Below, one piece after another: positions 53,647-62,026 of a stretch of DNA of 64,000 bases. Position 1 is the stretch's first letter. The number at the start of each line of letters is the position of its first letter. The stretch is taken from positions 10,035 to 74,034 of the forward strand of contig JAFVQU010000011.1 in NCBI GenBank assembly GCA_017504625.1, read 5' to 3'. The translations under genes and the position numbers were made by a program. Under the pieces are notes generated by a model that saw only the letters and a program-made list of their open reading frames with translations, had not been told where the DNA came from and did not search any database. Source of the stretch: Clostridia bacterium. GTDB lineage: Bacteria; Bacillota; Clostridia; Oscillospirales; CAG-272.

Positions 53647-53834
53647 CCAAGCCGCAGGCTTGGTATATCATTGACGCACGAAGTGCGGCGTATATCATCA
53701 GCCCCTTTGGGGCTGTATCTCATCACGCACCAGCGTGCATCTCCCTGCGGCTTGATGATATACAACACTTCGTGTTGATGATATACCGCAACAAGTTGCG
53801 GATGATATACACGCCTTTGGCGTGATTGAGATGC
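53647..53834. repeat. tiled array of 7 different GC-rich mini-hairpins, each followed by a conserved AT-rich 10-mer, in two opposed blocks
   Basis: Left block: TATATCATTGA (53664), TATATCATCA (53691), TATCTCATCA (53716). Right block, reverse complement: TGATGATATAC (53753, 53776), GATGATATAC (53801), degenerate GATTGAGATG (53824). Hairpins at 53647-63, 53675-87, 53701-13, 53724-37, 53763-77, 53787-800, 53811-23. Confidence 0.85.
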
Positions 53835-53851
53835 GAGAACATGAAAATCTC

Positions 53852-53880
53852 TTGAATATGCCATTGAAATATGGTATAAT
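53852..53880 (+). promoter_or_regulatory. SigA-type promoter of the AT-rich two-gene islet
   Basis: TTGAAT, 17-nt spacer, TGgTATAAT. Confidence 0.65.
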
Positions 53881-53900
53881 ACACTCAAAGAGGTGATGTT

Positions 53901-54248
53901 ATGGCTAAAAATTATTTGCTGATATATTCAGAACAACTTGCAACGGAAATAGAATTACTTTGTCAAAATATAAAAGTACCGTCTAACACTCTTTTTCAAA
54001 TTCGTAAAAGCTCGAGTAGTGTTTATGCTAATATTCGTGAAGCCAATTACGGACAGAGTAAAGCGGATATGCTATCCAAATTCGAAATTGCTTTGAAGGA
54101 ATGTAGCGAAACCGAAGGTTGGTTGCAGTTGTTATTTAACACGAACGGCATTGATGAAGATACGTATAAAAATCACAGAAATCTTTGCGGACGTATTCGA
54201 AGAATATTAATCGCAAGTTGTAAAACGTTAAAGGAGATGCGAAAATGA
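53901..54248 (+). CDS. four-helix-bundle protein (23S rRNA IVS protein / Avd-like family, TIGR02436-type)
   Basis: 115 aa. IREANYGQSKADMLSKFEIALKECSETEGWLQLL is the family signature as I remember it. RBS agaggtgatgttATG. Confidence 0.7.
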   Translation: MAKNYLLIYSEQLATEIELLCQNIKVPSNTLFQIRKSSSSVYANIREANYGQSKADMLSKFEIALKECSETEGWLQLLFNTNGIDEDTYKNHRNLCGRIRRILIASCKTLKEMRK

Positions 54249-54919
54249 CCTGGGAAGACCATTTTATAATAGAAGATGATAATAAATATATCCGTTTTAA
54301 CCCCAGCGAACGAGATTTATGGGGAAATAATCATCGTGATAATATCGAGAATAATATTAATGTTTTGGAACTATCTTATAGACAAGAAGACAATGAAGGC
54401 TGGGGCGCCGGTGGTGGAGAATATATTACTACACAAGATATAGCGGAAATTTCCCATGGCATACAACGAGTTTTAAAAAAAGAAAGTAATCAATTCACAT
54501 ATAATTGTTTAGATGAAGTAATAAAAATAAGCATCAATGTAAAAACGAATGATTTGCTTGACTTTACATTCTCAATGATTGAAACTTTATGTCGAGAATA
54601 TTATATTACCATCACTATGAACAATTTAACCTTTGAGGAATTTACAGAGAAGACTAAAATTTTCATCGAGTGGGAAAAGCAGTTCCCTATATTAGAAAAG
54701 TCATGGTTATCACTGTATCATGCAACATATGACAAAATCTTTCAACACGATTGCGACCACGGCACACGATGCGAAGCTAATTTCAATATAAAGGTTGATG
54801 ATTTGTTAGAAAACAACCCTCATGGTTTGGGTGATTTTTTAATTCGACTATTGACCTATTTTGAAGAAAACTCAAACATCAACTCAAACACTCTAGCCAA
54901 TTATATAAGCAACCTCTGA
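54245..54919 (+). CDS. hypothetical protein (224 aa), no recognisable domain
   Basis: ATGA overlap with the upstream gene (GGAG in ...aaggagatgcgaaaATGA). AT-rich codons. No signal peptide or TM segment. Confidence 0.65.
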   Translation: MTWEDHFIIEDDNKYIRFNPSERDLWGNNHRDNIENNINVLELSYRQEDNEGWGAGGGEYITTQDIAEISHGIQRVLKKESNQFTYNCLDEVIKISINVKTNDLLDFTFSMIETLCREYYITITMNNLTFEEFTEKTKIFIEWEKQFPILEKSWLSLYHATYDKIFQHDCDHGTRCEANFNIKVDDLLENNPHGLGDFLIRLLTYFEENSNINSNTLANYISNL

Positions 54920-54970
54920 TAGATAAATATTACAAAAAGAATATTGAAAAACACGGATAATATTGGTGTA

Positions 54971-55017
54971 CTTTTAGTCGTTCTTACCCCACTTCGCGCA
55001 CCTTTTAGTCGCTCTTA
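54971..55017 (+). repeat. 16-nt imperfect direct repeat at the right edge of the AT-rich islet
   Basis: cttttagtcgttctta (54971-54986) and cttttagtcgctctta (55002-55017); 15/16 identical, period 31. Confidence 0.6.
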
Positions 55018-55020
55018 GGC

Positions 55021-55051
55021 AAAAAGAAAAGGCAGCACACCGTGCTGCCTT
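55021..55051 (-). terminator. intrinsic terminator of the YwaF-like gene
   Basis: Minus strand: aaggcagcac-ggt-gtgctgcctt, then ttctttttgcc. Confidence 0.8.
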
Positions 55052-55066
55052 GTCGTTTATCTATGT

Positions 55067-55774
55067 TTATTTATTTTTCAGCTTTCTCTCTCTGATAATA
55101 AACGGCAAATGGAAAAGCGTGATTATCACCGCGCCGAGCGTAACGATATGTAAAAAGTAAACGTACCAGCCGTAGTCGAGTGTCAGAAAGGGCAAATTTT
55201 TCATCGGAGGGCGCACGAGATACATAAAGTTCGTGTTGTACTGCGAAAGCGCGCTGTTGACGTATATCATTGCCCAGACGAGTGAGAGCAGGCATATCAT
55301 ATTTCTGCCGAGAGCCTTGATGCCGAGCTTTGCATGACCGCAAATGATGAGATAGAGCGAAAACCACAAAAGTCCGGCATGGTAAACGAAGCACTGATAC
55401 GCAAGTATTTTGGTAAAATCAGTTCCGTTTGTGGGTATGAGAAGCGCGCATATGCTTCCAAGCGTTCCCATAACTGCCATAAAGTCAATTACAGTCTGCT
55501 TAGCCTTGCCTTCTTTGCCAAATGTAATAAAGAGTACGGCAAATATCATCAAACTGCAAAGGTGAAAAGGCAGTGACGTAGGCTCAAGAAACATGCCGCC
55601 CTTTTCCGATTCAGTCATGTCGCTCATTATTTTGCTTATCTCACTTACCGCACAGATGCCGCACATAATATATCCCGCAAATTTGAGCGAAAAGCTCTTC
55701 TTGCTGATAAACGTCATAAGTGCCACAAATAACGCGCACAGACCTAACCATATAAAATGCTCCGTTGTGAACAT
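55067..55774 (-). CDS. YwaF/TIGR02206 (TMEM164-like) membrane protein, second copy in the window
   Basis: GGAGG before the ATG at 55774 (MFTTEHFIWLGL...). LPFHLCSLMIF matches FPFQLCSIPMY of the 20765 gene. Confidence 0.65.
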   Translation of the reverse strand: MFTTEHFIWLGLCALFVALMTFISKKSFSLKFAGYIMCGICAVSEISKIMSDMTESEKGGMFLEPTSLPFHLCSLMIFAVLFITFGKEGKAKQTVIDFMAVMGTLGSICALLIPTNGTDFTKILAYQCFVYHAGLLWFSLYLIICGHAKLGIKALGRNMICLLSLVWAMIYVNSALSQYNTNFMYLVRPPMKNLPFLTLDYGWYVYFLHIVTLGAVIITLFHLPFIIRERKLKNK

Positions 55775-55905
55775 AATAAATATTCCTCCGTAGTCTATAC
55801 AAATATAATACGCCAAATTATAACATTATTCGACACGTCGGTCAACATAAAAAAACTTAAAAATTCTTAAAAAAGGGGTTTTTTCAGATTTTATAGTGAT
55901 AGCTA

Positions 55906-55934
55906 TTGATTTTGCTCTGAAATGATGGTATAAT
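55906..55934 (+). promoter_or_regulatory. SigA-type promoter of mntP
   Basis: TTGATT, 17-nt spacer, TGgTATAAT. It leaves only a ~30-nt leader. Confidence 0.65.
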
Positions 55935-55967
55935 AGTGCGGTTGAAAATAAAATAAATGAGGAAAAT

Positions 55968-56552
55968 ATGACTTTTAATTTGATTATTACCGCGGTAGGC
56001 TTGGCGCTGAGTCTTGCTATGGACGCATTCTCTATTGCAATTGCCAACGGACTTAACGAGCCCAAAATGAAGCTGACACGCGCTTGTGGTATTGCCGCCA
56101 TATTCGGAGTTTTTCAGGGAATAATGCCCATGATAGGCTGGATACTCGTCACAACCGTGCTTCAGTATTTTAATATGCTTACCCCTTATATTCCTTACGT
56201 CGCGATGATCGTGTTATCATATCTCGGTATAAAAATGATAATTGACGGAATAAATCATAAGTGCGGCGACGAGGAGGTGTCCGGAAAGCTCACCTTCGGT
56301 ATGCTCTTGGTGCAGGGAGTGGCAACTTCAATAGACGCTCTGTCGTCAGGCTTGGCGATGGCGGATTATAATACGCTCGAGGCGATAATTACGGCGGTTA
56401 TAATTGCCGCACTCACTTTCATTATCTGCCTTATAGGTATCAAGATCGGAAATATCGTCGGTTGTCGATTTGCGGGCAAGGCGTCGATCTTTGGTGGCGC
56501 AATTCTGATAATTATCGGGCTTGAGATACTTATCACGTCGTTTTTTAAATAA
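55968..56552 (+). CDS. mntP: manganese efflux pump MntP
   Basis: LSLAMDAFSIAIANG and the second-half repeat SIDALSSGLAM (DUF204 x2), 6 TM segments. Confidence 0.85.
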   Translation: MTFNLIITAVGLALSLAMDAFSIAIANGLNEPKMKLTRACGIAAIFGVFQGIMPMIGWILVTTVLQYFNMLTPYIPYVAMIVLSYLGIKMIIDGINHKCGDEEVSGKLTFGMLLVQGVATSIDALSSGLAMADYNTLEAIITAVIIAALTFIICLIGIKIGNIVGCRFAGKASIFGGAILIIIGLEILITSFFK

Positions 56553-56556
56553 TATT

Positions 56557-56586
56557 AAAGCCGTTGCGACCGCAACGGCTTTTTTT
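56557..56586 (+). terminator. intrinsic terminator
   Basis: aaagccgttgcg-ac-cgcaacggcttt, then ttttt. Confidence 0.85.
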
Positions 56587-56597
56587 AATTAAAACTG

Positions 56598-56626
56598 TTG
56601 ATTTCAAACAAAAAATGTGGTATAAT
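56598..56626 (+). promoter_or_regulatory. SigA-type promoter of the deo operon
   Basis: TTGATT, 17-nt spacer, TGgTATAAT. Confidence 0.7.
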
Positions 56627-56668
56627 CATAATATAAATATGAAAAATACATAACTTAGGAGAAAAAAT

Positions 56669-57349
56669 ATGAACATTGATGCAAAAACTAAGAATATACT
56701 TGCAGCTTGCGACCATACCTTGCTTGGCGTGGCTTCAACGTGGGATGAGATCAAGGCAATCTGCGATGACGGAATAAACTTCGGCACGGCATCTGTCTGC
56801 ATTCCTCCCTCATTTGTTAAGAGAGCGAAGGAATATGTTGGCGACAAGCTTGCTATCTGCACCGTTATCGGTTTCCCGAACGGATATAATACCACCGCCG
56901 TTAAGGTTTTTGAAACATCCAACGCTATTGAAAACGGCGCAGACGAGATCGATATGGTAATCAATATCGGCGAGCTTAAGGCGGGTAACGAGCAGTATCT
57001 GCTTGACGAGATAAAGGCGATAAAGTCGGCTTGCGGCAAGAAGATACTCAAGGTAATAATTGAGACTTGCTTGCTCACCGAGGATGAGAAAAAGACCATG
57101 TGCCGCATCGTCAGCGAGGCAGGCGCAGACTACATCAAGACCTCAACAGGATTTTCAACCGCAGGAGCTACAAGAGAAGACGTTGCACTCATGAGAGCAA
57201 ATTCCGCACCCTCCGTCAAGGTTAAAGCGGCGGGTGGAATTTCAAGCCTTGAGGACGCGCAGGACTTCCTTGATCTTGGCGCGGACAGACTTGGCACAAG
57301 CCGCGTCGTAAAGGCGGTCAAGGGCCTTGCAAACGACGGAAAATATTAA
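56669..57349 (+). CDS. deoC: deoxyribose-phosphate aldolase
   Basis: [48 protein letters not shown]. Confidence 0.92.
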   Translation: MNIDAKTKNILAACDHTLLGVASTWDEIKAICDDGINFGTASVCIPPSFVKRAKEYVGDKLAICTVIGFPNGYNTTAVKVFETSNAIENGADEIDMVINIGELKAGNEQYLLDEIKAIKSACGKKILKVIIETCLLTEDEKKTMCRIVSEAGADYIKTSTGFSTAGATREDVALMRANSAPSVKVKAAGGISSLEDAQDFLDLGADRLGTSRVVKAVKGLANDGKY

Positions 57350-57426
57350 AAAGTCCGTTCGAAATACGACAAAATTCCACAATCGATTTAAAAACAAACA
57401 ATCAATTTACAAAAAAGGAGAAAAAT

Positions 57427-58140
57427 ATGCCAGTTCCAACCGCACATATAACCGCTAAAAAAGAGGATTTTGCAAAGACGATTCTTATGCCCGGAGATCC
57501 TCTCCGTTCAAAATATATAGCCGAAAACTTCCTTGAGGACGCAGTTCTCGTAAACAATATCAGAGGCGTTCAGGGCTACACGGGCTACTATAAGGGCAAG
57601 AGAGTAAGCGTTATGGCGTCGGGTATGGGTATGCCCTCGATCGGTATCTACTCGTACGAGCTTTTCAATTTTTATGACGTTTCAAGTATCATCCGCGTGG
57701 GCTCCTGCGGCGCGTTTTTGCCCGACCTCAAGCCCTGCGACATCGTGCTTGCTCAGGCTGCTTGCACAAATTCTAATTTTGCGGATCAGTACAATCTTCC
57801 CGGCAGCTTTGCACCCATCGCCGATTTCGGACTTCTTCGCAAGGCGGCAGACGAGTGTGAAAAGCTTGGCGTAAACTATCGCGTTGGAAATATGCTCTCG
57901 ACCGACGTTTTCTATAACGATTCCTTCTCTGATCTTGATTGGGCGAAGATGGGCGTGCTTGGCGTTGAGATGGAGGCGACCGCGCTTTACTGTAACGCGG
58001 CAAGAGCAGGCAAGAAGGCGCTTTGCATCTGTTCCGTAAGTGATTCCTTCGTAAATCCCGAGCTTAATATGTCGGCAGAGGACAGACAAACTGCGTTTAC
58101 CAAGATGATCGAGATCGCGCTTGAGGTCGCAGAGGCATAA
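57427..58140 (+). CDS. deoD: purine nucleoside phosphorylase (DeoD type)
   Basis: PTAHI, ILMPGDPLR, GMGMPS, RVGSCG, GVEMEA. Confidence 0.92.
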   Translation: MPVPTAHITAKKEDFAKTILMPGDPLRSKYIAENFLEDAVLVNNIRGVQGYTGYYKGKRVSVMASGMGMPSIGIYSYELFNFYDVSSIIRVGSCGAFLPDLKPCDIVLAQAACTNSNFADQYNLPGSFAPIADFGLLRKAADECEKLGVNYRVGNMLSTDVFYNDSFSDLDWAKMGVLGVEMEATALYCNAARAGKKALCICSVSDSFVNPELNMSAEDRQTAFTKMIEIALEVAEA

Positions 58141-58143
58141 GCT

Positions 58144-59334
58144 ATGAAAAATAACGAAAGAGTTTTCATAATCGTTCTTGACAGCTTTGGCGTGGGAGAG
58201 CTTCCCGACGCCGCGGATTTTTGTGACGAGGGAAGTAACACTCTCGCCGCGGTTTCGTCGCGCCCCGAGTTTGATTGCCCCAATCTGACCGCTCTCGGTC
58301 TTTTCAATATCGACGGATGCGAAAAATACGGAAATGCTGCTACCTACCCCTACGCAAGCTATGCGAAAATGTGTGAGGAATCTAAGGGAAAGGATACCAC
58401 CACGGGACATTGGGAGATTGCTGGACTCGTTTCCGAGAAGCCGCTTCCCACGTATCCCGACGGATTTCCCGATGAGCTTATCTCGAAATTTGAGGAGCTG
58501 ACGGGCAGAGGAGTGCTTTGTAACAAGCCCTATTCGGGAACCGAGGTCATCAAGGACTTTGGAAAAGAGCATCTTGAAAGCGGAAAGCTTATCGTATATA
58601 CCTCGGCGGACTCTGTTTTCCAGATTGCCGCGCACGAGGACATCGTTCCGCTTGAAAAGCTTTATGAATACTGTGAGATTGCCCGTTCCTTGCTTGTCGG
58701 CGAGCATGGTGTGGGCAGAGTTATCGCGCGCCCCTTTGGCGGAGAATATCCCTTTGTCAGAATTGCGGGCAGACACGATTACTCTATAAAACCGCACGGC
58801 AAGACTATGCTTGACGTACTGAAGGAAAACGGCTTTGATACGATCTCCGTAGGAAAGATCAGCGATATTTTTGCGGGTGTCGGCGTGTCCGAGTCATATC
58901 CTACGAAGAACAATGACGAGGGAATGGATCGCGCAATAGCTTTGCAGGATAAGGACTTCTGCGGATTGTGCTTTGTTAATCTCGTTGATTTTGATATGGT
59001 ATACGGTCATAGAAATAACGCGGCGGGATATGCTCAGGCACTTACCGAATTTGACCGCAAGCTTGGCGAATTTTTGCCGAGAATGAAGGAAAACGACGTT
59101 CTTATCATCACTGCCGATCACGGCTGTGATCCCGCCACTCCTTCGACCGACCATTCTCGCGAATATACCCCTATGCTTATTTGCGGAGCACAGGGAAGAA
59201 ATCTCATAAAAGAGGGAGTAAATCTCGGCACTCGCGCATCATTTGCCGATATCGGCGCGACTGTTCTCGACTATTTCGGCATTCCCACCACAGACATCAG
59301 CGGAGAGAGTATGCTTGGAAGAATTCTTTGTTAA
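58144..59334 (+). CDS. deoB: phosphopentomutase
   Basis: IIVLDSFGVGE, KDTTTGHWE, YTSADSVFQIAAHE, NLVDFDMVYGHRN, ITADHGCDP. Confidence 0.92.
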   Translation: MKNNERVFIIVLDSFGVGELPDAADFCDEGSNTLAAVSSRPEFDCPNLTALGLFNIDGCEKYGNAATYPYASYAKMCEESKGKDTTTGHWEIAGLVSEKPLPTYPDGFPDELISKFEELTGRGVLCNKPYSGTEVIKDFGKEHLESGKLIVYTSADSVFQIAAHEDIVPLEKLYEYCEIARSLLVGEHGVGRVIARPFGGEYPFVRIAGRHDYSIKPHGKTMLDVLKENGFDTISVGKISDIFAGVGVSESYPTKNNDEGMDRAIALQDKDFCGLCFVNLVDFDMVYGHRNNAAGYAQALTEFDRKLGEFLPRMKENDVLIITADHGCDPATPSTDHSREYTPMLICGAQGRNLIKEGVNLGTRASFADIGATVLDYFGIPTTDISGESMLGRILC

Positions 59335-59386
59335 CAAAAAATTTACAACTTTGTGCATAACACATATTTTTAACTCTTATTCTTTT

Positions 59387-59415
59387 GCGAGGGCGGTATT
59401 CGCCCTCGTTTTTTT
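59387..59415 (+). terminator. intrinsic terminator after deoB
   Basis: gcgagggcg-gtatt-cgccctcg, then ttttttt. Confidence 0.85.
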
Positions 59416-59454
59416 GTGTATTTTGACGAAATGCTTATTATATATATTATAATA

Positions 59455-59483
59455 TTGACATAAAAGAGAATAAATGATATAAT
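59455..59483 (+). promoter_or_regulatory. SigA-type promoter of the glycan locus
   Basis: TTGACA, 17-nt spacer, TATAAT. Confidence 0.7.
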
Positions 59484-59517
59484 TATTGTATGTATGAAAT
59501 TATTGAAAGGCTGAGCT

Positions 59518-60648
59518 ATGGAAAAGAGAATTCAACTTTCGACACCGACAATGCACGGTGAGGAGATCACCTTTGTGCAGGAAGCATTTGATAAAAACTG
59601 GATAGCACCCTTGGGCTTTAACTGTGACAATTTTGAATTTGAGATGAGCGATTATCTTTGTCGTGGGATAGGTTCGAGATACCATTCGCTTGCGCTATCG
59701 TCGGGCACGGCGGCACTTCATCTTGCGGTCAAATTGGCGGGAGTTAAGCGCGGAGATAAGGTTTTTTGCTCGGATATGACCTTTGCGGCAACCGTAAATC
59801 CTATCTCGTACGAGGGCGCTGAACAGGTCTTTATTGACTCCGAGGAAGAAACGTGGAATATGGATCCAGCGGCTCTTGAGCGCGCGTTTGAAAAGTATCC
59901 CGATGTAAAGGTCGTTATGCTTGCACATCTCTACGGCACTCCCGCAAAGATGGACGAGATAATTGAGATCTGCGACCGCCACGGCGCAATTCTTATCGAG
60001 GATGCGGCAGAGGCACTTTCAGCTACGTATAAAGGCCGTCAGTGCGGTACGTTTGGAAAGCTAAACGCGATAAGCTTCAACGGAAATAAAATAATCACGA
60101 CCTCAGGCGGCGGTATGCTTATAACCGAGGACGAAAAGGATAGGGCGCACGCCTTCAAGCTGGCAACTCAGGCAAGAGAGCCTGCCCCCTGGTATCAGCA
60201 CGAGGAGATCGGATATAACTACCGTATGTCAAACGTTGTTGCAGGTATCGGCAGAGGACAGCTCTTGCACCTTGAGGAGCATCGTGAGCTTAAAACCAAG
60301 ATATACGAGGTATATAAAGAAGGACTTGCAGGACTTCCGATGACGATGAATCCTTATCTTGATTGCTCAAAGCCTAATTTCTGGCTCTCGTGTATGCTTA
60401 TCGACGACGATTGCGCGGTTGATCCTATGACGGTTATGGAGCATCTTGCAAAGAAGAACATTGAGGCAAGACCTATATGGAAGCCGATGCATATGCAGCC
60501 CGTATTTAAAAATTGCGACTTTATAAGCGCAAATGATCATCCTGTGAATGAAAAAATATTCACGAAGGGCCTATGCTTGCCCTCGGATATAAAAATGACC
60601 GCAGAGGAGCAGGAGTACGTAATTGAAGCGATAAAGGAATGCTTTTGA
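59518..60648 (+). CDS. DegT/DnrJ/EryC1/StrS-family PLP aminotransferase (PglE/EpsN-like sugar 4-aminotransferase)
   Basis: LSTPTMHG.E, SSGTAALHLA, SFNGNKIITTSGGGML (PLP lysine region), GYNYRMSN. Confidence 0.88.
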   Translation: MEKRIQLSTPTMHGEEITFVQEAFDKNWIAPLGFNCDNFEFEMSDYLCRGIGSRYHSLALSSGTAALHLAVKLAGVKRGDKVFCSDMTFAATVNPISYEGAEQVFIDSEEETWNMDPAALERAFEKYPDVKVVMLAHLYGTPAKMDEIIEICDRHGAILIEDAAEALSATYKGRQCGTFGKLNAISFNGNKIITTSGGGMLITEDEKDRAHAFKLATQAREPAPWYQHEEIGYNYRMSNVVAGIGRGQLLHLEEHRELKTKIYEVYKEGLAGLPMTMNPYLDCSKPNFWLSCMLIDDDCAVDPMTVMEHLAKKNIEARPIWKPMHMQPVFKNCDFISANDHPVNEKIFTKGLCLPSDIKMTAEEQEYVIEAIKECF

Positions 60649-61385
60649 GTATGGAAGAAATGGTACATAGCCTTACATCAACGTGGTGGGGAATAACTGT
60701 TCTGAGCGTAGCCGCGCTTTGCTTGATTGTTATGCTTTCGGCGGTGCTTTACAGACAGTTCTTCAAGAGATTTTACGATGTTTTACTTAGCGGAATGGCA
60801 ATAATCGTGCTCTCACCGATTTTGCTGATACTTATAGTGCTCGGTGCGATCAAAATGAGGGGTAATCCCTTTTTCACACAGCTTCGTCCGGGTAAGAACG
60901 AGAAAATATTCAAGCTTATAAAATTCCGCACCATGACATGTGAGACCGATGCCGACGGCAAGCTTTTGCCCGACGAATTGCGCCTCACACGCTACGGCAG
61001 GATACTGCGCTCGACCTCGCTTGACGAGCTTCCCGAGCTTTTTAATATCTTTGCAGGACAAATGTCGATAGTGGGGCCGCGTCCCTTGCTTGTGAGCTAT
61101 CTGCCACTTTACAATGATGAGCAGAAGCATCGCCATGACGTTCGTCCCGGTCTTACCGGACTTGCGCAGGTCAACGGACGAAACGCTATGAACTGGGAGG
61201 ATAAATTTTCCTATGACGTTGAATACGCAAGTAGCATTTCGCTTTTCGGCGATATAAGTATCGTTTTTCGCACGGTTGCTTGTGTCCTCAAGCGCGAGGG
61301 AATAAGCGGAGAGGGAAGCGCAACGATGGAGCCATTCAAGGGTAGCGCGGTTACCGAAGAAATTGACGTGAAAGAGTTGAAGTGA
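60639..61385 (+). CDS. small (PglC/WbaP-C-type) phosphoglycosyl transferase (bacterial sugar transferase family)
   Basis: One re-entrant TM. PFFTQLRPGKNEKIFKLIKFRTM, DELPELFNIF.G.MSIVGPRP, GLTGLAQVNGRN. Start is 60639 or 60651. Confidence 0.88.
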   Translation: MLLSMEEMVHSLTSTWWGITVLSVAALCLIVMLSAVLYRQFFKRFYDVLLSGMAIIVLSPILLILIVLGAIKMRGNPFFTQLRPGKNEKIFKLIKFRTMTCETDADGKLLPDELRLTRYGRILRSTSLDELPELFNIFAGQMSIVGPRPLLVSYLPLYNDEQKHRHDVRPGLTGLAQVNGRNAMNWEDKFSYDVEYASSISLFGDISIVFRTVACVLKREGISGEGSATMEPFKGSAVTEEIDVKELK

Positions 61386-61386
61386 T

Positions 61387-62004
61387 ATGAACGAGAAAGT
61401 AATTATAATCGGCGCGGGCGGACACGCGAAGGTCGTTGCCGATACAGTTAGAAAAAACGGTGACGAGGTTATTGGATTTCTTGATGATAAGTGCGATAAA
61501 CGTGGCGAGGGCTTTTGCCACTCGACTATTCTCGGAGCTGTTTCTGAATATGGTAGATTTGCCGATGAGGCGTCGTTTATAGTCGCAGTGGGTGACGGTC
61601 TTGCGAGAAAGAGGATTTCCGAGACGGTAAATGCTAAATGGTATACGGCGATTCACCCCTCTGCAATAATTGCCGACGGAGTTAAGATTGGCGAGGGCTC
61701 GTTTGTGTCTGCGGGTGCAATTGTAAATCCCGATACTGAGGTAGGTAAACATACCATAATCAATACAGGCTCTATCGTTGAGCACGATTGCAAGATCGGT
61801 GATTTTACGCATATAGCACCCTCCGCAACTGTTTGCGGCGGTACATCGGTAGGTGAACTTTGTTGGATTGGAGCGGGCGCCACTGTGATCAACGGTATAA
61901 CCGTGTGCAACGGAGTAACTGTAGGCGCGGGTGCTACGGTTGTAAAAAACGTTACAGAGCGCGGAATCTACGTTGGAGTTCCCGCAGGAAAGCTTGAAAA
62001 GTAA
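61387..62004 (+). CDS. NeuD/PglD-family hexapeptide-repeat sugar N-acetyltransferase
   Basis: N-terminal Rossmann-like IIIGAGGHAKVV, then left-handed beta-helix repeats (IGEGSFVSAGAIV..., IGDFTHIAPSATV...). Confidence 0.85.
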   Translation: MNEKVIIIGAGGHAKVVADTVRKNGDEVIGFLDDKCDKRGEGFCHSTILGAVSEYGRFADEASFIVAVGDGLARKRISETVNAKWYTAIHPSAIIADGVKIGEGSFVSAGAIVNPDTEVGKHTIINTGSIVEHDCKIGDFTHIAPSATVCGGTSVGELCWIGAGATVINGITVCNGVTVGAGATVVKNVTERGIYVGVPAGKLEK

Positions 62005-62026
62005 GTTTTAATTTAGGAGATAAGAT

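Noticed and set aside
53643-53888. 81-aa minus-strand ORF covering the hairpin/10-mer array.
   Set aside because: The region is fully explained by tiled palindromes and 10-mer repeats. The peptide is an artefact of the repeats (VYH/YII recurrences). There is no RBS, and it would run into the tRNA terminator.
53901-54919. Diversity-generating retroelement, because the four-helix-bundle protein belongs to the Avd-like family and large repeat proteins are present in the window.
   Set aside because: No reverse transcriptase gene is present. No template/variable repeat pair with A-specific mismatches was seen near the islet. The GLUG genes are 45 kb away.
55826-55967. Possible yybP-ykoY manganese riboswitch upstream of mntP, which is a common arrangement.
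   Set aside because: The consensus promoter at 55906-55934 leaves only about 30 nt of leader. I could not find the conserved riboswitch core (four-way/paired-helix motifs with GGGGAGUAG-like segments) in 55826-55967 on the plus strand.
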